Below, piece after piece: positions 41,575 through 55,975 of a stretch of 64,000 nucleotides of DNA. The notes below the pieces were generated by a model. It saw nothing but the letters and a program-made list of their open reading frames with translations. It made no database searches and was not told the origin of the DNA. The stretch is from the human T2T-CHM13v2.0 reference genome, Homo sapiens, in assembly GCF_009914755.1 (NCBI RefSeq), contig NC_060933.1; one strand, 5' to 3'. Made by a program: the position numbers and the translations under genes. Every line of letters starts with the position of its first letter. The stretch's first letter is position 1.

Positions 41575-41800
41575 CTTTTCAGAGATAGCATAGGGTAGTG
41601 GTAAGGATATTTCGTTTTGGAGTCAGTCTGCTTGGATTAAAATCCAAGGTCACCTCCATTAAGCTTTGTAACCTTGGGCAAGTTAGTAAATCTGTGTCTC
41701 AGTTTCTTTATCTGAAAAATGGAGATAATACTGTTACTTATTTCACTGGGTTCTTATGATGATTAAGATGAAAAATTATGTAAAGATCTGGCATATAATA
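41575..41800 (+). mobile_element. MIR SINE
   Basis: tgtaaccttgggcaagtta...ctcagtttctttatctgaaaaatggagataata. Confidence 0.75.
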
Positions 41801-43079
41801 AGAGATCAAAATAGAAATTTTAAAACATTTAAATTATATATATAGTAGTATTTGCCTTTTTTGGTTTACAGTTCTGAGTTTTAATACATGCAAAGCTTAT
41901 TGTAACCAACAAAACATCAACACAATAGGATACAGAAAAATTTCCACACTCCCCAAAATTCTTTTTGCTTCTTTATCTTCAGACATATCACCTCCCTTCC
42001 ATTCCACCAAATCCTCGCTACAACTGATGTATTTTCTGTTCCTATAGTTTTGCTTCTTGAGACTGCCATAGAAATGGAATCATACCATATGTAATCTTTT
42101 GAGACCTAGTATAATGTCTTTGAAGTACAACCTGATTTTCTTAGGCTCTTATCTGAAGAGCTGATTTCACCACGGAAAAGGAATTAGAAGAGGTGTTTAT
42201 TTTTATTTTTAATTTTTGATCAAGGGGAAGAAAAATAAAACTCAGATTAATATCATCCAAAAGGAGAGTTTGGATTTGTATGAGAATTATTTTTCAGCAT
42301 TTCAAACTATCAAATAGGATGTATCTTCAAGAGGAAATTACTTTCTTGTCATTAAGTACAATGAAATATAAGCTAAAGAGCCACTTGGAATGCGAAATGC
42401 AGAAAAATTCTAGAGAGTCAAATATAAATTAAATGATATATATTTGATTCTAGAAAGTCAAATATAAATTAAGTGTTGATGATGGTGGTGTGTGGTGGGT
42501 GTGTGCTGCGGGTGGAGTGGGGGCAAAGTGTTGGAAGGTCACCAATAATCCCAAATAACCCATAAACATAACCAGAGTAGCTTAGTATCATCTGGGGGCA
42601 AGTTAGCTACTGTTGGGGGTCTTGGAGAAGACTTAGACCCTAATCATCTCCCAATGCACTACATGAGTAGGGAGGTTAAGAAGCAGCTATTATGAAAGGG
42701 GGAAGAGAGACCATGTCTTCACCAGGACCGGGAGAATGATGGCATGGGAGAGGGTGAGAAGTGAAGTAAGGGAAGGAGCTGAGCGGGTGGCTGCCTAGAT
42801 AAAGCTGCAACTGGGGAGGAGTTGTATGTCAAAACAAAAACACTGCATATTTGATCCTTAATAAAGAAATAATTTTTATGATTTTTACCGCATAGTTTCC
42901 TAATTTATTTGTGTGTATATACATGTATACTAAAATGTGATATTAGATGTATAGATGTGTTTTTAACTCAACCCATCTTAAATTTGCAAATCAGTTAACT
43001 TGCTCCTGAAAAATTTAGAGTTTACCGTATCAGCCACGATTTTCTAGGCATGTACTAGGGTAATGTATATGCTATTTGA

Positions 43080-43835
<756 letters not shown>

Positions 43836-46489
43836 TTATTTACAAGTATTACAATTGTAAGTAACAATTTGATTGCAATTATAATTATTATTTAATACTT
43901 GAGAGAAAACTCTTCGGGAGAAATTTTTTCCATTTCATAGATGAGGAAACTGAGGTTCTGAGAAGTGAAATGAGGTACCCAGAGACGTGCAGATCATAAA
44001 AGCAGGCAGAGACAGAATTTGTTCTCAGAAATGTCTGTTCATCTTCTGAGCCTACGCTCTTCTCTTTGCTGGGCTTTTGCTATTTTCTCTGCTTTTACAT
44101 GGTGGTGAGAATGTAGGGTTTTGAGTCTTCTTTCTATTTTAAAATCTATGATCCAATTTAAAATGATGGAAAACAGTGTCTCAAATTTTAAAGTATAATC
44201 TATAATGATACTTTCTCCTTGTGTCTTTTATTGTTACTGACTGAACTTAGCAAGGAATTTAGGAAAAAGGTAAAGCTATGGAAAAATCTTAGAATTAGAA
44301 GGCCTGAGTCAAAATTTCAGTTCTGCTCATTATAGCTGCTTGGCCTTTGTCAGCTTGTGTTCTCTGGTAAATTTGAAATGATAATATTTGTTAATATTAT
44401 GAGTTATTATGTGGTTTAAATGAGAAAAATTATAGGCAAATGTGTAGCTATGCTTATCACATGGTAGATATTTAATGGAGTTTGAGAAATTAGAAGAAAA
44501 TATAATTAAGAAGCATGTTTCAAGACTTAAGTATAAGAAAAAAGGGTGTGGCTTTATTTATTTATTTAGACTAGTTAATTTGGGGTTCTGGTTTGTGCTC
44601 GGTGGTTTTAGAAGAGGACGCACAGGATATTTTTTTTTAAGCATAAAGGTAACGAAAGATGTGTCTGTAGGCAAATCTATAGATATGATTACATAAAACA
44701 TTTACTTCTGAATATTTATAACATAATAAACAAATGTAGTTTTAGAGGAGGAGGATGCACATGTCAGTATTTCATTTACCTTCAATTCCGTCTCATGCGT
44801 ATAAGTATGAATCTAGTTAGATCAACAGGGAATACACTGGATAAATTAAATTTAAGTATGAGATGTATAAAGAATTGTTTTTGTCCATGATAGTTTTCAC
44901 CAAAATAATATGCTTTTTACTCTATTCCCATCTTAATTCCTCTCAATTTAAGATGAATACATTTCTCTGAGATTTTCTTACAAAAAGTAAAGAAAGCCAA
45001 GTTAGGTTCAGACATTATTTGTATTTTCTTTATTTAGCACTTGTTCTTTTTTCTTAAACCACTTCTTTCTGATCTGAGGAAAATGCAAATGTGAGCAGTC
45101 AGGGAATTCATGATTCGTTAGAATTTAACTGTAACATAATTTGTGGGCTGTGGCTGCATTACTCCATTTTGAGACTGATATCTTCCCCCCCCCCCCCTTT
45201 TTTTTTTTTTTGCTATGCTCTTGAAATTCAGTACCACTCATCAAAAATACTTATTGAAAGTTTGTTTCCAGCAACTCACATGCTGGGACTTGTTGACAAG
45301 AGGAATAAAGCCTAGCACACCAAGTGAGGACATAGAAATTTTGGAAACCATCAAGGAGTCAGTGCCTGGTCAGGTAGGAAAGAAGAGAAGCCAGCATGGG
45401 TAAAAATGAGGATTGATGATTATGAAAGCAGGATGCTCAGCTGTAGGTAGCTGCAAAATTGTTAAAGCAGGAGGAGGGAGGGCAACACTTCAAATTACTG
45501 CTGGAAGCTTGGCTGCTTCCCCAGAGCATAGCCATTTCATTAATCCTGGCAGCCCTAGTGTGTGATCCTTCCACTTTTTAAAAGGCACAGATCACAGCTT
45601 AAGATACCATATGTCAGCAATCTACAGATTTGTTGGAATTAACAGAGAAGAGAGTTTATGCAAAGTTCACTTGTTGAATGTGCTTTTAAGGATGACTGTA
45701 AGCATGATATTTGCCCTATTTGTTTATGACTATGGTGAGGATTTTTATGTCTTCTGCTCACGATTCCTCATTATACAAGTGACTCAGAGGTGGTCATTGA
45801 TGAAAGGCACAGAGTAATAATGTTAGGTTTTACTCTATTCCTTGCTTCAGTCAAATTGATCACCTAGAATTGAAGTTAATTGCAAAAATGTTTAATGCAG
45901 AGTGCTCAAAAGCTAAAAAGATCTTTCGTGTGTTTCTTAAGCCCCTTTGGTGTATTTGACAGGTTACATAATACCCATTTTTTCTAAAAGCTGGCATCTT
46001 TACTCCGGAAATTACTGAAAAAGACATGGCAAACATTTTCAGCGCTTTCCCAGTGAATATGAATTTATTTTTAATTTTTCCCACAGTTATCAGACATTAT
46101 CAACATTTCTGTTTTTTAAAAATTAAAAATACACTGCTTTATACCTTACAAGAATTCCTCAGCAACCTCTCACCTACATTTGTACCTTACAGGAAACTCA
46201 TGATATAGATATTATTTTCTCCATTTTGTGGTGGAGAAGACAGAATCAGAGAAGTTAAGTACTTTTTCTAAGAACACAGAGTCAGTAAAGAAATAAAACC
46301 AGCTTTTGAATCTTTGTACACTTACCCCAGAATCTCTCCTCTCTCTCCTAGAGCATACAGCTTTTGTATAGATGCTGACAAAATATGGGGTGATATAGAT
46401 GATGTTCATGGAAATGAATTTATTGTCTTTGCAATAATAGTCTCTTGCCCTTACCTTTTATCTCTCATTTTTTCCCAGTTCATTTAACA

Positions 46490-47290
46490 AGTCTATTCAC
46501 CAGTTACAAAATCATAGTAATGTGGTACAGGCACAACATTCAACAGTAAGAGGAAGTCATGTTATCAGGAAGGTAAGAAACATGCCAGAGTATATATATA
46601 GAGATCTATTAGGTCAGGTGATATCTTAAATCAGTAAGAAAAAGAAAAAAATGATTGGCTTACTATTTAGAAAATAATAAACTAAGATCCCAACTGATCC
46701 CATAAGCCATACAACAAAATGAATTCCAGATGGATAAAAAGTGTAAAAGTAAAAAGTAAGTCATTTAAAAAATCCTATAAGAACATAAATATTTAGCTCA
46801 TCTCAGGAGATGGCAGGATTTTTTAAGCATAAATGTAACAAAGGGAAGTTCTGCCTATAGACAAATCTATAGATATGATCACATAAAACATTTAATTCTG
46901 TATATTTATAATAAACAAAATAAAAATCAAGCGCAAATGGGAAACTATTTGGCATCAGATAAAAGATTGTTATTTTTAAAATATCAAAAGCCCTTACAAA
47001 TCAAAGACAAAAAAATATAATACCAAGACTACAATTAAAACATGGGTAAAAAATATAATCAGACAATTTAATGCAGAAGACATACAAATGGCTTTTTATT
47101 AAAATATTTAAACCCATTTTGTAAAGAAAACATTAATTACAATAAGCTGTACTTTATAAAAATAGAATGGATGTTTCAAGATACATATATCTAATTTTGG
47201 TCATGGTATAGTGAAATGGACACATATATATTGGTGGGACTATAATTTTGTGCAAACTTTCTGGAATGTATTTTTAAAATAGTTTTTAAG
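46490..47290 (+). mobile_element. Old L1M (L1ME-like) ORF2 3' remnant
   Basis: gtaatgtggtacaggcac...aattccagatggataaaa...gaagacatacaaatggc. Confidence 0.6.
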
Positions 47291-47301
47291 AACCTCAAAG
47301 A

Positions 47302-47650
47302 GGCCGGGAGCTGTGGCTCATGACTGTAATTCCAGCACTTTGGGAGGCAGAGGTGGGTGGATTGCTTGAGCCCAGGAGTTTGAGACCAGCCAGGGCAACA
47401 TAGTGAAACCCTGTCTCTACAAAAAATACAAAAATTAGCTGGATGTAGAGGTATGTGCCTGTACTCCAGACTACGTGGAAGGCTGAGGTCAGAGGATCTG
47501 TTGAGCCTGGCGGCAGGCCGAGGCTGCAGTTAGCTGTGATGGCACCGCTGTACTCCAGCCTGGAAAAAAGAGGGAGAATCTGTCTCAAAAAAAAAAAAAA
47601 AAAAAAATTCCACCCCCAAAAACCACAAAACCCCAAAACAAAAAAATAAA
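47302..47650 (+). mobile_element. AluJ SINE with an extended A-rich tail
   Basis: Diverged Alu body; TSD aacctcaaaga. Confidence 0.9.
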
Positions 47651-47789
47651 AACCTCAAAGAACTTCATGTCTTTGACTTATAATGCTCCTTCCTTAAATA
47701 TACTCTATGATTTTAGTTGAAATTTCAAACAAACAACAACAAAATATAAATATATAATATACATATATTTGTATTTTGATATTTTAAAA

Positions 47790-48790
47790 AAGCTTTTTAT
47801 TATTGACATTTTCCATCAACATAAAAGTAGAAAGAGTATTATAATAAATCTCTATGTACTCACTACCCAGTTTTGAAAATTGTTAATATTTTTCTAGTCT
47901 TATTTTATCTATTTTATTCTCTCTCTCTACAGGATTACCTTAAAGCAAATCCAAAGCTTCTTATTATTTTATTTGTAAGCTCTCTGTATAATAAAAGCTT
48001 TAAAAAGTAACCAAAGGCTATTATTAAGTTTAAGAGAATTGAACAAGTTTAGGCTCAAATTTCTCAATTGTCTCAAGAATGTCTTTTTTACAACTGTTTT
48101 GTTCACATTAGAATCCAAACAAGGTCTACATATTGCATGTGGTATTCATATGGCCTCTTAAGTTTCTTTCAATGTATAACAGTTTCCCCTTCCCTCTTTC
48201 TCCTGTTACTTATTTGATAAATAAATTAAGTATTTTGTCCTGTAGAATGTCTCGCATTCTAGATCTAGTTGATGGCTACTTTATGGTATCATTTGTTTTT
48301 TTCCTCCTGTATCACTCTTATTTTCCATCAGCTAGTATTTAAAGTGGAAGGATTGATTAGAGTCAGGCTCATTTCTATTTTTATTTTTTGGCAAGAATAC
48401 TTTATATCTGAGATTCTGTACTCCTGTTGTATGACACCAGAAGGCATGTAACTTCTGGTTACTCCACTTTTAGTGATGTTAAGATTTATTAGTAGGTTCT
48501 GGTGAGTCCTCCATTATCGAGGTCCTCACTGAAATTTTACCTAATGGTTATAACATTCATTAGTGACTGTTTCCTAGATCTATAATTTCATTAAGATTTA
48601 TAAAATGGTATTTTTCTAACTCTGTTGATTATTTCACATTAATTAGATAGTAATTTTCTGTAAAGAAAATCTTTCTCTCTCCAACAATTTTTTACCCTAA
48701 AACAGTTCATGCTGAAAAAGCATGTATACACTTGTTTTTCCCCTCTATGAATCGATTTTCAGAATAAAGAGTTGGTGACCTTGCAACCTC
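47790..48790 (-). mobile_element. Old L1MC/ME 3' remnant
   Basis: aaagtagaaagagtattataa...gaatccaaacaaggtc...tttttggcaagaatact. Confidence 0.6.
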
Positions 48791-49471
48791 CATCTTGTTG
48801 GTTTATGATAGAGAAAACTGGTTAATAACATAAATGTCCAAAAATAGAAGATATATTGTGGTATGCCCATGCCGGAGAGCCATGTTGTAAATATTGTGCA
48901 GTCTTTAAGTTTCAAAGAATATTTAATAACACAGAAAAATATTCAGGATAAAGTGGAAGTAAAAAACCCCAGAATATGTACATAGTGTGATTCAAATGTT
49001 ATCTAAAATATATGCATTGTAGAATGCTGTCTTAGCCTCAGACACTAACATGATTATCATAGGTTTGTAAGTTTTAGGGTCTTCCAACTTGAATCTTTGT
49101 TTTCTATAGGACCTTTTATAAAATACATGATTTTTGTCATTAAAAGAAAATGTAAATTTGTTTAAAAGGAAGGTCTCTGGATGGATCATCATACATGGAG
49201 AGATTCATGGGTGTTGATCTTTGCTCCCGCTTAATTTTTAATTTTTATTATAACTTTGAACCTTATCTCCTACATCTAAACCAGTCTTCATGGTGCTAAC
49301 CGAGCAACTGGATGGATTGAAAACATGCTCAATTCTGTAGATTCTGAGACATCTTTTTAGTTAAACAGAACCCTTTCTGTTGACTCACATAATAAGAATA
49401 TGGTCTTATTAAGTCATACTCATCTCAATTTGACCAGTTCAGAAAACAGATAACTGAATTACCTTTGTGTC

Positions 49472-49473
<2 letters not shown>

Positions 49474-49524
<51 letters not shown>
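49474..49524 (+). repeat. (GT)n microsatellite, ~25 units
   Basis: Direct reading. Confidence 0.97.
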
Positions 49525-49526
<2 letters not shown>

Positions 49527-51689
49527 TTTATCAGCTGATCCATTGATCCATATCAGATGAAGAAATGAACCACAGTCTCAAGATTCGGTCTTCCTGCTAG
49601 GGCCAGTTTGCTTGTTGCTGATGCAATGAGTGAAAGGAACTTTGCTTGTTGCTTAGTTTTATGATGAATGAAGGGAACAAACACACTGGTTTTTACTTTT
49701 ATAAATTCCCAGTGATCCCCAAGAAAGTAACTGGATCCTCCAGGAAATCCCAGTGGCCTAGTTTCTATCAGTGTAAAATAAGGATCAGATGATATGACTC
49801 ATAGGGCTGTTGCCAGCAGAATGTATGTAAAATTTCTGCCACGATATTTAGCAATCAAAAAGTTTGCAACAAATGCTTGTTTTCTCTTCTCTCTTCCCAA
49901 AAATAAAAGGAAGCTGTCTTTTCCATTTTTACTATATTCTAATGTTAGAGAGCCAATTCTGGCATCAGACTGCCTAGATTCAAATCCAGCTCTACTCTTG
50001 GATTTGGGCAAGTGATACAAGTAAACTCTTTGTGACTCAGCTTTTAAATCTGAAAATTGGGATACTAATAGTGCCTACTTATAGACTGTTATGCATATTA
50101 AATGAGTTAGTGAATGTATAGTATTAAAACTTTTTCCTGGCATAAAATAGGAACTATAAGAGTATAAACTATTATCTTTTTTATCTGCCTAGTGGAAAAA
50201 CATTTCCAAGCTCAAGGTTCAAGGCACCCCCTCCTTGGATGATGTAGGAGATGTACTCTGACCACTTCTTGTTTTTTACTTCTCTTTTTCTGGGTCCTAT
50301 ATAAACCTTCTTCTTTCTGTTGATGTATTTAATTCTTATAGCACAAATTTAGATTTTGATAAATTAGATAAATGTTTTCTCCTGCATTATTAAGTGATTA
50401 GGATTATGTGAAGTTTGTCCCCTTTTCTTGTTGTCGTTGTAGTGGTCATGTGTGTGCCTAAGTGTCTGTGGGTGCCTGCATGTGTGAGTTGAGGTCCTGA
50501 AATATGGTATTACAGTCTCCCTGATAACTTAGGTGCAGTTGCAACTTTCCAGACATTTATTTTCTGACTAATCTTTCTTTTTGGTTAATTTCTACAGATT
50601 TTTGCTTCTGTCATGTGAAATTTTACTAGTATATTGCTCAAAAGGTAAACATGGCACTGTTCCTGGTAATGGGTGGGAATGGGATGACCTAACCTCTTCC
50701 AAATGTGTTTACAATAGAAGGATTATTAGATGAGTTTAGGAGAGGCTGCTGGATGGCTCAGAGATAGGGACAATCCACATGGATTCAAGGAAAATAATGC
50801 TTAGTTAGTATATGAGGAGCATGAGGTCCTAATGGAAGCATTACTTTCCAAATATAGGGACTGTATCAGAAAACGTTTCCTGCTCACAGTGAAATAAATA
50901 AATAGATCAAAAGTGGATATAATATACCCTCTAGGGCAGTAAGTTAAAATGATACCATAAAGTAAATTTTCAAAATGTGCTGCTGATGAGACCAAGATGG
51001 CCATCCTAATTAGTCATAGGCACCAAGGTGTTTCTCAAGTTCCCCCAAAGTGATCAGGGTGTGTGCCTTAGAAAAACAGAACAGTCATAGTTTAACACTC
51101 ATATGATAATGTCATGTGGTTGAAACAGATCCAGTTATAGAAATGGAGTCTGGAAAAGTGAATGCCGATAAATAAAGCCTTTTCATCAGGCAGCCAGAAG
51201 TTCTCAGAATTCAAGGTAATTTGATTCTGAGGACAGGCCCCAGTTGACTGCATAGAAATAACTATCTAGGAAAAGGACAATTCATTCAGATACTCTACTA
51301 TATGGAAACGATTGATTAAGAGCATGCATGTCCAGCTGTTTTAATTCTGTGCTCACAAGGGCACAGACTGAGGTGCTGTTTGTTCTACTGATTGTTCATA
51401 CCCAGCAGGAGAAAGTCATTTGTGCAAATGTCTGTTGATAGTGGTACTGTTAGTTGAACTTTCTATCTGGGGCAGATCACACAGGGCCTAGTTAGGCCAC
51501 AGTAGCGATTTGGAGGGTTGGGAAGCCATTTGTGTATTTCAAAGGAGGAAGTGAGAGAAAAATGTGGTGCTATTTATAGATGTATAAAATGTGAAATTGG
51601 AAACATCATCTGCTTGAACTATTTTAAATTTAAAAAAGAGTCATTTGTTTTTCATTCACCAAAACTTTGGAAACCCTAAAATAGTGTGT

Positions 51690-52046
51690 GAATATACATG
51701 AATTGGCTTATGTGATTGAAGCCTGGAAATTCAGATAACAGTTGATATTGTAGTATTGAGCCTGAATTCCACAGGGCAAGAGGCTGGAGACTCAGCCAGG
51801 GTTTTTGTGTTGCAATCTTAAGGTGAATTTCTCCCTGTTCAGGAAACCTCAGTCTGTGCTGTTACAGCCTCCCACTGATTGGATGAGGCCCACCCACATT
51901 ATGGAAGGCAACCTGCTTTACTCAAAGTCTACTAATTAAATGTTAATTGTATCTAAAAAATAGCATCACAGCAACATCTAGCCTGGTGTTTGACAAAACA
52001 CTTGGCACCGTCAACTAGCCAGATTGACACAGAAAATTAACCATTC
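51690..52046 (-). mobile_element. MLT2 (ERVL) LTR
   Basis: actgattggatgaggcccacccacattatgga...ctgctttactcaaagtctact...ttgacacagaaaattaaccat. Confidence 0.82.
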
Positions 52047-52752
52047 CAGATAATAAAGAATTTATGATATCACCCTCAGTTTAGAGGTGACTTTGTTAGC
52101 CAGGAAAGGCAATTGACTGTTTTTGTTTTAGGCCTGCAATCAGTAAGAGAGAGGACCGCTCTTCTTATCAGCTTCACACTTGGAAGGGGAGGCATAAGAT
52201 AGCTAGAGCACTTTATAGCCCCTTGGAAGTCTAAGGTGATAAGCATGATTATTTGAACACAACCCTTTTTGTCCTATTATCACGCAACCTTTTTATTGTG
52301 TGATAAGTCAGTGATAAGGGCTGATGTCCCCTAACTTCATTATTGACATTAAAGAAACTTACTAATTGATGTTTTTATTAATTTGCTAATTAAAAAATGA
52401 ATGCCTTCATTGCTAGTGAACAATCTTTTCTTCTTAGAAGGCAATATTTACAAAACCCATATGACCATGTTTAAAGAAGATGAAAAAGAATATTGGAATG
52501 AATTTTGGAAGGTCGTTAACAATTTTGTTTGAGGACAGAAAAGGGAGCGTTTCCTTCTTACTTTCTAGTTTTAGAAGTCTTTCCCTGTACATTGTGGAGT
52601 CATGGTGATAAATATACCATGGTTGGTGATAAATATACCAAACAACAGAGAAACCTAATATATATACAGCCCCAAGCTTATTAAATATCACCTAAGATTG
52701 ACAAGAAAAAAACTAGTTTCTTAGAAAAAAATGGTATTTATTTACTTATTAC

Positions 52753-53165
<413 letters not shown>

Positions 53166-53954
53166 TAATCATAACGATTTCTAATGATTCTCCATAAATT
53201 TTAATTTAAACTCTGACTCAAATTCATTCAGATCAAGTTTCAATAAAATAAATAGCATCAAGAGCAAATGGTGTATTATCAATTGATAGTGTCCAGTGCT
53301 AATAAACATGAGTTTGAGTCTGACATGAGCCATTTGGTTTCAAGGCCTATGCTTTAGGTTACATTCCAAGGATTTAGCCTATGTTTCCACCCCTCTGAAA
53401 TATATCCTTAGCCACTAAGGGAACGTAGCAAGAGGTTATGGGTAAATGAATATGTGCAAATGCTCCTGTGAGAAAACAACTCAGACTTACAGGCAGTTGA
53501 GATGTAGTGGTGGGTAAATTATGTCATTGCTATGTCATGGATGAATATGAAGAGGTAGCATCATCCTTTCTGTCATTAAAAAAATGACATTTTAACTTTC
53601 TTTTGAAATCAGCTAGCAAGTAATGCATTTATGTTGTGTGTATCAAAGTATACAATAAATGTTGCTACTATTGTTTATTAGATGTTTAAAATCATTTTTC
53701 TCTCTCATCTATATTACTTACAAATTGTTGAGACTGAAAACTGAACTTCTAACTAATTCTATTCATTATCTCATCTTGAACATTACTCATCCATATGCAG
53801 GATTTGTGTAAATGAATGTTTTTTCTTTGTTTATGGGACCTAACTTAAATAATGGTTCCATTGTGACACTCTTGTGCAGTGAAATGGAAGTTTCTGTGGG
53901 TCTAAGATTTGCTGAGGGCCTCCCATAGGCCAGGCACTGATGTAGAAATATTTA

Positions 53955-54266
<312 letters not shown>

Positions 54267-55857
54267 TTAAAGCAGTCCTCTGCCCTCTAGGAGTTTACAG
54301 TCTCATGGGGGACCCAGGAAAAGGAACACTTGTAGTATATTTTAAACAATGATATAAAAGGGTTTTGCACAGAATTATGCTTCCTCTTCTAGCTTTTCTC
54401 GCACCACCCACAAATGCTTTGTCATAGGCCCTATTATTTTTGCCTGCTCAGCGTTCCTTGCATCTTCTCTACCAGGACCCCAATTTTCCTTTGTGAATCA
54501 TACCTTTCCAATTATGATCTGTCATTTGAAGTATACCAGGCTGTCATTCAAGGTTGACTGTATTCCTTTAACCAAGGGACAGATATTTGACCCAAGAGAG
54601 GCTAACCTACATCTCTTCCACCAACTTGAGTCTTAGTCAGTGACTTAAGAAGTGAGAGTGGTTGGAGGCTTAATTCCCATGGTCACATCCTAAAGAGATT
54701 ATCCAACCTGCCTTGACAACCGGTACTTCCTAGTCCTGCATGAAACCTAGTTGTTAAAGTTTACTTTGATTTTGTGAACAAGCTACTTCATCCCATATCT
54801 TTCCATAAATTCCTTAAAAATTTTAGTTTACATTATTTTAAAACAAAGAATCCCTGATATGATCGGAGATTCAATAGCAAAGCTCTCTCTAATTCTCCTT
54901 TTTCCGCCTATACCTTCATCCTGTCCTCATGAAAATTGCATTCATTTTTCTTCCATTGTCTACATTTTGCCTCTAGAGTATAGCGATTGCCATTTGAGGA
55001 AGATTCTTGGCCCAATTGAGGCAGATTTGGATTTACTCTTATATTAATCTTATTGGGTGGGAATTAGAATGATTATTTTTGAGAGTCAATTGTACATATT
55101 CTATCTCATTTAACTATTACAATAAATCTATGGATAATTATCTCAATTTTATAGTTAAGGAAACAGTAGTTCAGATAGGTTAAGGAAATGGTTCAAGTTT
55201 ATCTACCAGGAATGTGTCAGAGGCTTAATTTGAACACACATCTATCTGACTTCAAAACTCAGACTTTTCTTGGGGATTCCCTGCCATCTGACATCACAAC
55301 TTTGTTATTTTGAAGACATCACTTCCCTTACCTCTGTGAATCTTAGTTTCATTGTCCATAAAATGGGAGTATGAATACCTATGACATATAGTTGATGATT
55401 AAATTGGAAAATATACAGACAGCCCTTAACCTTTGTAGGTGGTCAAAAATGTGGATGCTTTCTACTTCACATGTTACCATATTTGATTTATAAGACTGGT
55501 GAATTCTTTCGAATTACGGTGAATTTAAAATCTTGATTGAACTAGTCATTTCTAGTTATAGCATACTTTAGCAAAATTTTCACCAGAACATCTAGCAGCC
55601 AAAAAACATTAAATTCCATTATGGTCTCCTCATTCCCTCTATCCCTATACCTTCCCAACTACTGGGAAAAATGCTAACAAACAATAAAACATCTGTAGTA
55701 GAACGTCAATGACAAAGGCCATTCATAAATTCAAACTCTTAGTAAGTGGAAATTGCTCTTTGCATATTTGCCCCTGGGATTACATATTTGCTTATTGTGT
55801 TTCACATGTCATTTGTCAGCTTAAAAAATTTAACTCATTTTTATAATATTTTAGAAT

Positions 55858-55975
55858 TTATATATATTCAGACATTCTTATATATATGTGTGTGGTATAT
55901 ATATGTGTGTATATTTATGTGTGTGTGTATATATATGTGTGTATGTGTGTGTGTGTGTGTATATGTATATATATA
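55858..55975 (+). repeat. (TA)/(TG) compound microsatellite
   Basis: Direct reading. Confidence 0.9.
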
